Of a stretch of DNA of 64,000 bases, positions 12,001 to 24,400 are shown one piece after another. This DNA is from Podarcis melisellensis (taxonomy: Eukaryota). Made by a program: the position numbers and the translations under genes. Where the stretch lies: assembly GCA_964234715.1 (NCBI GenBank), contig OZ174275.1. One strand, 5' to 3'. Within the stretch, counting starts at the first letter, position 1. Every line of letters starts with the position of its first letter. The notes beneath the pieces are model-generated. The model ran no database searches and was not told the origin of the DNA. It worked only from the letters and a program-made list of their open reading frames with translations.

Positions 12001-15000
12001 TGTCTACCAGGACATAGAGGCTATAGCTGCACTTGAAGAACCCGAGAGTGCTTCGGCTTTTGAGATCACAGAGCCTGAGCAATACTTTATTGAGGAATCA
12101 GAGGAGATTATTTCACTTGAAGGACCCGAAGCTGTCCCAGAAGAACCAGAAGCCGTTGCTGCTCCAGAAGAAACGAAACCTGCTATTGTGCCAAAAAAGC
12201 CGAAGCCTACTGCTGTAGCTAAAAAGCCAGAACCTGCGGCTGCACCCAAGAAACCAGAACCTATTGCAGTGCCTAAAAAGCCGAAACTTGCTCCTGTACC
12301 TAAAAAACCAGAGCCTCAGAAGCCAGAACCCTTGTTTAAAAAGCCAGAACGCCCACCACCAGCTAAAGAGATTGAAGAGCACGAAGAGGAACGAGAGGTG
12401 CAGACTTTTATTGGAAAGAGAGAGCGACAACATGTTTCCGTCCACCTAGACATAGAGGCCATAACTCCTTTTGAGGAACCTGAGAGCGCTGCAGCTTATG
12501 AGATGGAAGAGGAAGAACAATACGTCATTGAGGGGTCCGAGGACATCGTTTCCCTTACAGGACCTGAGCCTGTTGCTGTCCCTGAGGAACCCCAAGTCGT
12601 TGCTGCTCCTGAGGAACCTAAGCCTGCTCTTGTGCCCAAAAAACCCAAGCCTGTTGCTGCGCCTAAGAAACCTGAACCCGAAGCTCCTCCCAAGAAACTG
12701 GAACACGTCGTGGTGACGAAAAAGCCGAAACCTGCTGCTGTGCCTAAAAAACCAGAGCTTGCAGCACCGCCCAAGAAGCCCGAACCCTTGTTCAAAAAAC
12801 CAGAACGCCCACCACCAGCTAAAGAGCCCGAGGAGCATGAAGAGGAACGAGAGGTGCAGACTTTTATTGGAAAGAGAGAGCGGCAACATGTTTCTGTCCA
12901 CCAAGACATAGAGGCCATAACTGCTTTTGGGGAACCTGAGAGCGCTGCAGCTTATGAGTTGGAAGAGGAAGAACAATACGTCATTGAGGGGTCTGAGGAC
13001 ATTCTTGCACTTGAAGCACCTAGAGCTGCTCCTGAGGAACCAGAAGTCATTGCTGCTCCTGGAGAGCCTACGGAAGTACCTAAGAAACCAGCAAAAGGTA
13101 TATGGCATAATCTTTTCCAGTACAAAGAGTATGTCTTCCTTAAAGCAGAATGTTGACAAGCGTTGCTTTGCCAACTTTCTGCAGAGCAATTCAAAAAACT
13201 GCTCTTGTAAACAAAGTTGTTGTGTGTATACATTGGTGTGTGGGTGTGTGAAAGAGAGAAAGGTTCTTTCTGATTCTGCAAAGCAATTTGCTTAGGCCTG
13301 CAAGAATCTGAAATTTCCATTATTAATTGACGTGAAAGTAAAAAAAAAACTTAAATGTATGAATGGAAACAGATTCAGGAAGAATTATTCATTTGAAGCT
13401 GAATGAAGGTGATGTCTGATGTGCCTGTGGGTTGATGGATCTATTTTTTCCCTGTCTTTTAACAAACCAACTAATATCTTTAAAGTGCCTGAGGTATCCA
13501 AGAAAGCTGTCCCAGAAAAGAAAGTACCAGTTCCTGTGGCTAAAAAAGTCAAACCGCCACCAGCTAAAGGTATATGTCCACACCTAAAGAAGAAAATTTC
13601 TTTGTTCTTCTTAAAATACTCTCTTCTTCTGTACTGTCTCTCCTATAGTTTTTGCTTGACTGAAATAACCTAGTGTTCGTTTTATGATACAAACTCTGTA
13701 TGTATAATACGAAGTCTATATGTCTCTAGATACGATGTACGTCTATGTATCTGTCTGTAGCATTAATCTTGCTTTTGATAATTCTTCGTTCCTCTTCTTA
13801 ACATCTTGGTACCTCTTACTTCAATAATTCTCAAAGTAAAAATAGAAATATTATCTTTAAAGTGCCTGAAGAGCCCAAGAAAGTTGTTCCCGAAAAGAAA
13901 AAACCAGCTGCTGCACTTAAAAAACCAGAAGCTCCTCCCACAAAAGGTACTTTTATCATTCACAGAGAAAATCATTATCTTGCTTGCTGCGTTTGGTTCA
14001 GCTGTTGGATTTGTAAATCGTACTAATGTGTATAAATGACAGGCTGAGCCTAACTTGGGTGGGGATGGGGGTGAGGGAGTGTTTGTGTCCAAACACAATA
14101 GGTAACTTCAATACCTTCAGCAGCTCCGCTTTTGCTTTTAATGCCTTGTTTGTTTTACCTACATGAAAGTAAAACTAATTAAAATTTCTTGAAGTCCCTG
14201 AAGTTCCTAAGAAAGTGCCAGAAGACGAGGCCCCTCTTGCTGTTCCTAAAAAGCCGGAACCTCTGCCTGCAGAAGGTAGCTCTCCCTATTAATCACGACG
14301 TCATTCTTATCCAGACTGCTATGTCCGCTTTGTTTGGTCTTACATTTTATGTGGTCCTGTATGTATATGTAAGGCGGGGTGGTGGTGGTAGAGGACTCTG
14401 TCTGTTCTTTATGATGTCCATCTGTTGAAAGTTAACAGTCTGCCTTTCTACCTTATTACGGATTTAAAGCTACATCCTTTAATGGCTGCAAGCAATTCTA
14501 ACGGTGGAAAACCCACGCTTAGAATCTTGATTTGCTGTAAAAGACTGAAGCTAATACTTCAATTATCTCCTTTTGCACAAATTGGCTTTGGCCTTTTTGC
14601 CATCTTTATGCTGTGTGGTGTTGCACTCCTTCTGGCTGCAATTTTAGTACTGGCCTCATTTATAGGGGCCTTAGGGAGAAATCAGAAGGAGGGCTCTTTC
14701 CTTTTTTGTCCAGCAGCAGCAAATCTACCTGGGGCTTTGGCACAAATTTTTATTGATCCCATGGTCCCAGAGGCACATTTGACCAATGATGTGCTGCAGT
14801 GCTTCAATTCAACAATCTGGATTGAGCCCTCAGGAGTTGGCAGGGGATTCTTAGATTTCACACCAGAACTGTAGCTGTAGTCTTTATGTTGAGGGATTTG
14901 AATTGTGAACATTTGAATGAAACGCAGCTGCATCAAATAGTTGCTTTGTACAAAATTGGACCTTATCAGGCCATCAAAGCTGCCCAACTTCTTTGAAGGG

Positions 15001-15015
15001 GAAAAACACATGTAT

Positions 15016-15047
<32 letters not shown>

Positions 15048-18000
15048 ATACACACATATATATAAATCTGGGAATCTGATGGCAACAATCCTTCTTTAAA
15101 ATATGTGTGAATATAATCTGGACATACACTTTTCAAAAGCCCCATCAAATGCAGAATATATAGGCCTTTGTGCAGAGGGCTGCAGAGGGTTCCCAGAGGC
15201 CTGATGCAATTTCTGTTTACGAAAGCATCCATTTAAGGGCCTTCCATCCATTTATGTAAAAAAATACACTGTGACACTGGTGTGTTTGTCTGTGAATGTG
15301 TATGTTGTAATAATGTCCCCGCTATTTTGTGCAACATGTCTCCAATTCTTCTTGCCATTTGATATTTTAAATGGCAATCTTATCTTCGTTGTCGATATTC
15401 TTTAAAGAGCCAGAAGTTACAGAGGAAATTGAACCGGAAGAACCAGCACCTGTTCCTATTCCAGAAACAGAGGAGATAATTCCAGATGAAGGTATATACT
15501 AAAGTGTGAATGAAATATACCAATTTCTTTTGTACCATCTCCATCTTGCTGAGTAAGAATTAGGTGTGTTTGTTCCGTGATGTGTACACTCCAGTATGTT
15601 TTGTTTTGTTATTTTTGTGTGTGTGTTTGTATGCGTGTATTTCCTACGTTGTATTGCTTTCTGTAACTGTGTTGGTGATTCCCATTATCTTTGACCATGT
15701 AAACACCTTTCCCTCTTAATTGACTTGGAAGTTTACTAATGACTTTTTCAAAAACTTTCTTGAACCTATGGGCCATCAGATATTTTGAGCTGAGTTGTTT
15801 ATTTTGGCACTTGCATTACTGGGAGTTTTACGAATGGAGTCTATAAAAGCAGTTTATTTCCTTTGTTACATTAGATGGTTTACATCTGAGGTTTATATAG
15901 TATAATTACATTAGCACTGAATCTACCGCAATATCATTTAAAGAACCAGAACCGGAGAAGAAGATACCTGAAAAACCCAAACCCCGTGTACCTTTCCCAC
16001 CAAAAGAGGAGGTTAAGGAGGAAAAGGTTCAGCTTAAAGGTATCAGCAGCAACCCCAACAGTATTTAACAACTTTTACTAAGCCCCAGTTTTATAACTAA
16101 TGCCTATTGACACATAATAATGTTCTTTGAAAGTGTGGACTTTAGGCTGCCATCCTATTCCCACTCACCTGGGAGTAAGCCTGATTAAACTTACTTTTGA
16201 GTAGGTGTGTATAGGATTGCGCTGTTAATATATTAATGTAAGTCTAACTTAATGTTGTCTGAATGGTTTTCAGTCTAATGTCCCTACTCACTGATGGTTT
16301 TCATTTTTTTATTGTTTCTAAATTTGTAATTAGGGTTTGCAATCCAGACAGTTAATTTTACCTGTGCTCTAAGGCCTTATGCATGGTGTAGAAAACCTCC
16401 CATTACATTCAATCAGTCACTGTGCTTTGCAGATAGAGAGCTTCCTTCAGATACCATCTTACCAAGAGCTTTGTTCCACATAATGTAGGAATCAGGCCTC
16501 AAGTGTCTTGGCACCTACCCATTGGAATTCTGTCCTATTAAACATTAGACAAGTGATGTCTCTGTTGCCTTTTTGGTACCTACTGAAGATCTTCCTCTTT
16601 CAACAAGCCTTTTAAATAGAGATCTTTCCCAGTCTGCATCTGTATTGGAATTGTATTGGGTGTTTTTAGATGAATTAATTGTTTTGTCTTTTGTGTGTTT
16701 GCTGCCCTGGGCTCCCTCAGGAGGAAGGAAAGGTTATAAATTTAACAAATGATGACGACGATGTCACCTCACAAACTGCTTTTGAAACTCTTCTGAGTTT
16801 CAAACACCAGTCAAAGTGTGGCATGTTTGTTTGCTGTCTGAGATTCAGAAGTCCAGAGTCCTACTGAGTGTGTGGAACTTGTTTTATAGTTCTTTGGATT
16901 GTATTTAGTTATTTGAAAATGCATGTGTCAAGCATGGATGTAATATAGCTAGCATTCAGAATTAAGGGTAGAGAAAATGGAACTCAAAGCATTATAGACA
17001 GGGAGGAAGATTTATTATTTCCTAATGAAAATCAGTATCAAAATAAACAACTATATGTAGCTTTTTTAAGGTTTAGAAAATATTACTCCACATCTCACAT
17101 TTTGCAATATTCTGACCTTATACAGCATAATGAAAAGATCAAACGTAGTTCAATATTTCAAAGTGTATCACCTAAGTAATATTTGGTCCTACAAGAATTG
17201 CATTTACTTTTGAAAAATCTGTTCTTTTCCCACCATCTCAAGACAGAGGGAAACAGATCCTCTTTCCAAAACAAGATTCCACCTCACCACCACACACACT
17301 TTTATAATAATAGTTTCACACAAAATTCACAGGGAAAAACTTGATTATAGGGTCTTTATAATAAGTCAAGAAGGAACATTGTGGCTACACAATCTATTAA
17401 AATTTCAACAGAAGTGGATGTCCTCTCTGCTAAGTATATATAGATCCAGTGAAAGCAAATTTTTGTATGATCAGATATGCTAGAACCAAAGTAAGCAATG
17501 TAAAGTCTTCAGGCTGCATGTATCCTAATAAGGCCCTTCCCCAGTCCAAGCAGCCACTATGTGGTAAGTTGCTCACAGACCCTTGTGTCTTGTTCTCGTC
17601 TTAAAGAGCACTAGATTGTAGTTTTTAGTATATTTCACAAAGTAGTATATTTTTCATTCCGTTTCCATGTGTGACTTCCTGTGGTTGTTTTATGTTCAAC
17701 TTGATTCACTTTTTTATCTATTTTCTTTTTACTGAAGCATACTTTCATTTCGGATGGAGTCTTCTGTGGCTTCTTCATCATGGCCTTACTTTCATGACTA
17801 ACAATATTATACAGTGGCACCTCAGTTTTCGATCTTCTCAGAAGCCAAACATTTTGGTTTTCAACCGCCGAAAACCTTGAAGTAAATGCTTCCGTTTTTG
17901 TATGTGCCTCAGAAGTCAAATGGATTCCACTGAGTCCCCCCCCCCCCAAGTTTCTCCATTGATTTTTCAGGCTGCCCTTTGTGCCTCAGTTTCCGATTGT

Positions 18001-21000
18001 TTCAGAAGTCGAACAGTCTTCTGGAACGGATTATGATCGAAAACTGAAGTACCACTGTATATACTAAAGTTAAAGTCAAAAATTAAAGTTTAGCAACAAA
18101 AATCGTGGTGGTTGTTTTAGTTTTTTAAAGAACTCCTTCTGAAATAAAGTATCTTTGGAAGAGAGGACCAAACTTAACAAAGAGAAAAGTAAAGTAAAGT
18201 AACGAATTTCTCCATGTTTTGTGATCATTCAAATGGAACTGAAAGGTACAGCTCTCTTATAATAGGAGGTTTTTCAGTTTTAAATGCCAATGGAGATGAT
18301 TGCATATACGCTTATTCTGAAATTAATATCATTTTAAGCACCTGGACTGAAGCCACGGAGACCCACACCTGAGCCTCCCCCTCCACCACCTAAAGAAGAA
18401 GTTGTTTTGAAAAAAGGTAATTTAGCCGTGTTGCTTTTTTCAAAAACCGCAGGACCCCACTGCTGTGATATTCCAGTCCTAACGCCACATTGTGAGGTCT
18501 GACTCCAACAGCTAAGACACTTCAGCTTCTTCTTGCATCCAACTATAGGATCTCGAGAAGCCCATAAACAATTTCCTCAAGCAGGTTAACTCCTTTGCTT
18601 GTGCAAAGAAAATGCTAGTTCTAGACATGTCAATTCTAGGCAGAAAGCTCTACTAGCAACCATAGCTGATGCTGGAAGCTCCCAGACAGTTGGAAGTTCT
18701 AAGGTGTCTACATTATTTGCAACATAAAGAAAGCTGTTGTTGCTTTTGCTTTTGAATATACAGTAATTGGTGCTTTGATTTCACCTGCAATTCTAAAAAG
18801 GACTTCTTAATGGAGACTTGATTGTAGATTATCACACCATGCAGATTTTAAGTGGTGATCAGTTTATCAGCTTTGAGAGGTCACTATTCTCCAGATGTAA
18901 AACCAAGCCTATTTGTTGGCCTATGTCATTTATTAATAAAGTTCCTCATCACTTCATCACACTGTTCTTGAAAGAAAATTGTTTTTCTTTTAAAGTCACA
19001 AGAGCAGTTAAGAAACCAGAGGAAGAACCTAAGCCAGAGAAGGAACCCAAAGCTCCACCCAAGCCTCTTGAAAAGATTAAGAAGCCTGAAGGTACAACGA
19101 AAATCAGATTGCCATGAGGTTAAGCAGTAGGAGACTCTTCTTAGATCCCCATATTCACATATACTTTCTGAATCTGGAACAGTAAACCATCTGAATTTTG
19201 AATAGTTCTTCAGCATGGAAAGAAAAATCCCAACCATGTGGAATATTCAGAAATTTGGGGACACAATCTGTAATGTAACACATTTCCCTCTCCCATCCCC
19301 TTGACACACTCTGTCTTTTCAGTCTTCACTTTGTAAGAACTCTTGTAGAAAGCTACATCTGACATATTCTATAATTGATAGTTTTGATCTGTCTTCCGCA
19401 TTATCGCTATTGTGTCCCAGCTGTCCATCTTCGCCACATACAGTGTTTTGACAGGCTTTGAACTTATTTCTTATTTGTTTTAAATAAATCACACCAGCTA
19501 CATGGCTCAGGATAAACTCGATTAATGCATCAGGGAAGTCAAAATATATGAATTCAGCTTCCGCATAAAACAAATATTTTTTTTAAGTGCCGGAGGTTGA
19601 AAAGAAGAAAACTGAGATCCCAGCTTTCAAGAAAAGGGAAGAAAAAGAAAAACCTGTGCCTGAACCAGCAAAAGGTACAAACATGCAGTGCTCTCATAAT
19701 CGCTTATACAACTAAAACCGCATTTGATCTTGAATATTGGTCTGTGAGCTGCACTAATCTTTAAAACAAGCCAGCTATAAATGCTCCCATCTTTGTGCTC
19801 TTCCAGCTGCTCCCTAATTCTTCATGCAGTACCTCGTCATTTCTTCTTCTTCTTCTTCTTCATTAAATGTCCTCTTATTTGTCTTTATATGGTTCAAGCC
19901 TGTTCTGTTCCCCTGAAGTAGTATATGAATGTCTTTAAGGCTTCTGTTAACTGTGCTGTTTGTCTCTCCAACTATTTTTATGCATTTTGTTGGTTTTGCA
20001 ATGTTCTGTTTAAAAAATATTGATTGACCAACTTGTTAATTTTTTTTGTTCAAAGTGCCAGAGCCTAAACCAGCCACAATTCCTGAACCAAAGCCTGCTA
20101 CAGGTAGGACATTTTGAAACCACTGATTATAGACCATTTTCCTCCAATCTAGTTAACTCTGGTGTTAGTATAAAATCAATGGAACACCAATATAACATGA
20201 GCTTCTTTGAATCCCACCCTATGCCCTTATGTGCTGGTACAACTCCTTGTTTTATCAGACTGTCGGCTTACATTTTAGCATTTGTAAATTATGCAATCAC
20301 ATTTGAGAATTCTGTAGGGTTCTGCTTATGTTTTGCTTGTTAAAGATTCATTCCAACAAGTTTGCTTCATCCCAGCTAATACCACTGTCTGTTTCTGTAA
20401 GAAACTAAGGCAGGTGAAAATCTATTTCACGATTCTAAGAAGTACTAGCAGTTCAAATCTATTCAGAAGTAAGCCCCATTGTCTTCAATGGGACTTACTC
20501 CCAGGTAAATATGTGTAGGATTGCAGACTAAAAGGATTTTTTAAAATGTGTATTGTTTAATGTTAATCATTGTTTTGCAGAAGTAGCTCCACTTAACTCA
20601 GTGTGGCTTTCCTAGTATGTGTGTTGAGGATTGCAACCTCAATAAATATATATATATATTAACTTTTTCCACAGCCCTAAAATCTCCTAAGCCTCCCGCA
20701 GAACCCAAACCTGAAGCAGCTCCTTTAACAACGCCAGTGGTTGGAAAGAAAGCAGGTATGACTATTACTTCAGTAATATATTCAAGGGCAGGACTGTATT
20801 ATTATTCTGTAATATATTCAAGAGCAGGGTTGTATACAATTCTATTAACTTTTGTATGAGTAATCATGAGCACAACAATCATGAGAGAGTTTAAATGTTC
20901 TTACTCACAAAAATATTTACAATACACAACTCACTAAAGAACCTTTAGGGATCATATCTTGTTGTGCTATCAGTGTTCTTCAACGTCGAGTCTTCAGATG

Positions 21001-21371
21001 TGGTTGGACTCCCAGCCACCTTAATCAATGGTGAAGGGAGTTGTAGTGCAACAACATTTTGGGCCCAAACCTTGAATGGGCACTGTCCTAAATAACATGC
21101 ACATGTATAACCCCAATACAGTTTCTGCCACACACCTTTCACCCAGGACTCAATGATAGCAGATGGGGAAATGGGTACACTTAGCGGGAGGGCTTGAGGG
21201 TCCAAGAGGATGACACGACCATTACCACGAGGGAGAGAAATGAGGCCGAATTAAACCATTCATTCATTCATTCATTTGAATATGCACAACTTCTCAGAAG
21301 TAATATGAATGCAAGAAGAAGCAATACTTTGAGGAAATAATAGCTGATAGATAGATGATAGATAGAGATAG

Positions 21372-21419
<48 letters not shown>

Positions 21420-24400
21420 GATAGATAGATAATAGTTTAAACTGGACTTCATTATCTAATACTGCTGTTGCTATTTTATGTCAGAGCCTAAAACTACACC
21501 AAAGGAGGAAGCTGGCAAGGCTAAACTTCCTATTAAAGGTAAGAGAGATTATAAAATGGAAAACTGCCCCCCCAGCCTCTTTAAATATATAGTAACTGTG
21601 ATCAACAGTCCCAGTATTTATGCTATGAACTACCAAATAACTGACTATCTAGAATAAACCTGTGAGTCATTTGATAAATGAATGGCAAAGACACTCACAC
21701 ACCCTTTGTAGTCAACATTTTTACAATGAGTAGTGTCTCTTCTTTCAGAGAACCTAGGTGGTAGTAAGCTAAATTTTACTCAAAGTAGAGACCTATTGAA
21801 ATTAATACAGTCAAACCTCGGTTGTTAAACATAATCTGTTCCAGAAGACCATTCGACTTGCGAAATGTTCGCCAACTGAAAACTGAAATCGGAAGCCTAA
21901 ATACAATACAAAAACTCAAAACGGAAGCCACATACCATGGTCGGATTCTGAAAATCGTTCAAAAACCAGAACAGTTACTTCCGGGTTTTCAGTGTTCAGG
22001 AGCCAAAACATTCCAAACGAAGGCGTTCGGGAACCGAGGTTTGACTGTAGACCTAACTTAGTCATGCCCATTAATTTTACTGGGTCTATGCAGAGGAAAA
22101 GGTAGCTGAACGCCACCCCATGTTTTCATGTAACCATTTTCCCAAAGTGCAAATGGTACTTAAAACAAGAGATTGGCTTTAGCATGCCTAAATTAACAGG
22201 ATCACATAAAAATCTAGAATAATTGTATCTGTTTTTTATGTAATATTCCTGGACTACAATAAGTAGACAGGAGTAGCAGTGGGTGGGTGGACAAATATTG
22301 CAATCAAATTAAAGAAAGGAGGTACGAAGTGTTTTGTTCTTTAGACAGAACAATACTTTGTCTGTAGGAACCACAAAGGACCAAGATAGGCTTCTACATG
22401 CCACAGGCATGCCTTACATTTTGTGTCTTGGTCATGTTAGAATGGGAGTGGAATGTCAAAAGAACAGAACTGACCGGCTTGTATATAGAATAGATTTAAA
22501 TGTTCTAGGGATAAACAAATTGCCACTTGAACAGAAAGAACTGCATGCTTTTCCTGCTGACTTGAACTGTGAGATTCATACAAATATCCCTTTTAAATAT
22601 ATTACTTGTAGCCAAAAAGACACCTTCGCCAGCAGATGCCGAGAGGAGGAAATTAAGACCAGGAAGTGGTGGCGAGAAACCTCCAGATGAGCCTCCTTTC
22701 ACATACCAGCTGAAGGCTGTGCCCCTCAAGTTTGTCACAGAAATTAAAGACATAGTGCTGACAGAAGCAGAGTCGGTAGGCTCTTCCGCCATCTTTGAGT
22801 GCCTCATCTCTCCCTCCACTGCCATTACCTCTTGGATGAAAGATGGCAGCAACATCCGCGAAAGTCCTAAGCACAGGTTCCTCTCTGATGGGAAAGACAG
22901 AAAGCTCCACATTATTGATGTCCAGCTTTCAGACGCTGGGGAATACACTTGTGTACTGAAACTGGGAAATAAAGAAAAGACCTCTACAGCCAAACTTATT
23001 GTTGAAGGTATTTTATGGCATCTCCAATTGGGCTTGAGTTGCTTATGCACATGTTATTTATGCCCCAAAGTTACATTTTATTTGCATTAGAGTTGATACA
23101 TTGTTAATTAATGCCATCCATAGCACAATATTTTACAAAACACAATGGAACAGGTCCCTGGTCCCAAGTGTGTTACAATCAATATTTTAACATAGGGGAG
23201 ACAACAGAAGTAGCTAAGGAGTGTGTGTTTACTTCATTACACAAGCTTAGTTTTAATGATAGCAGGGCATGGGGTCTTCCTTTATAAATTAAATTATACA
23301 TACATGCCCCTAATTCAACAATTTATTCTGGGCATATGTACTCTGATGCATGTACAGAATTTCCTGGCCGAGAAGAATATTGCTTTATTCATGCATGTCA
23401 CACCCCTATAATGAATGGGATCCACCTCAAATCCAAGAGATAAGCATGTCTGTATGAGTTAGGTGATCATTCTAATGCGACAGCTTAAATTTCTATACTG
23501 TAGTTTATGGCAATGGTTCCCATTTGCCTAAGTCCTGTGGACTTCATGTACTTCAAAAACCAAGCCACAACCTCCCTGCTTTTTTGGGGGGAGGTAATCT
23601 CTCTATGGTCGTTTTTGTTACGTGAATGGTGCCATGGACCCCCTGTGCAGGTTACGCCAAGTGTAGATTGCTCAGAGCATGAGAGCATGAGACTCTTAAT
23701 CTCAGGGTTGTGGATTTGAGTCCCTGCATAGCAGGGAGTTGGATTAGAAGACCTTTGTGGCCCCTTCCATTGCTATAATTCTATGATTCTGTGACCCCCT
23801 TGGAGTCCGCAGACAACCAATTGGGAACCACTGGTTTGTGGGAGCGGGGAAAAGATGCAAATAATATTTCTTCTGTTCCCTAGAATTACCAGTGCGCTTC
23901 GTGAAGACTCTGGAGGAGGAGCTTACTGTCATCAAAGGGCAACCCTTTTATCTAAGTTGTGAGCTGAACAAAGAGAGAGATGTGGTCTGGAGAAAAGATG
24001 GGAAAATCATTAAAGACAAATCTGGAAAATTTGCTCTGGGTATTATTGGTTTGCAGCGCGCCGTTACAATCATGGATGCCGATGACACTGATGGAGGTGT
24101 ATACACTGTGACTGTGGATAATACTGACCTCATCTGTCAGTCAACTGTGAAAGTGGTTGGTAAGTTAAATTTCAAAACTGTGAAGTGTGTGCTTGGGATA
24201 AAATTTGGATATGAAGAAATTCTATTGAGTAATATTAAGCCTTGTGCATTATTTTTGCTCTTATATGCTAGTCCTTTTACCTTACTCTATCTTCACTGAT
24301 CTATTTAAGAAGATTGGTTTTCACTTAAGTTGATTGTGTAATTGATACTGAAATCATCTGAAGGTGTTTAGTGAAGAGCTGGTTTGACTAGAGCTGGAAC

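Noticed and set aside
12446-13189. Long minus-strand ORFs opposite the giant PEVK exons (also 1605-3240)
   Set aside because: Antisense shadows of repetitive, codon-biased coding sequence
4358-14275. Regularly recurring ~80-nt repeats with unique spacers, superficially CRISPR-like
   Set aside because: They are spliced PPAK exons in a eukaryotic gene; spacers are introns of variable length; no cas genes
14425-14874. 149-aa ORF with a hydrophobic, transmembrane-like stretch
   Set aside because: Intronic, non-ATG start, no recognisable family or splice context; explained by T-rich composition
17484-17563. Exon-like segment ending in a strong G|gtaagt donor
   Set aside because: 80 nt, early stop codon, little PEVK similarity; cannot be told from chance
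20761-20836. Imperfect 36-bp duplication just after an exon donor
   Set aside because: Ordinary local slippage duplication with no evident function
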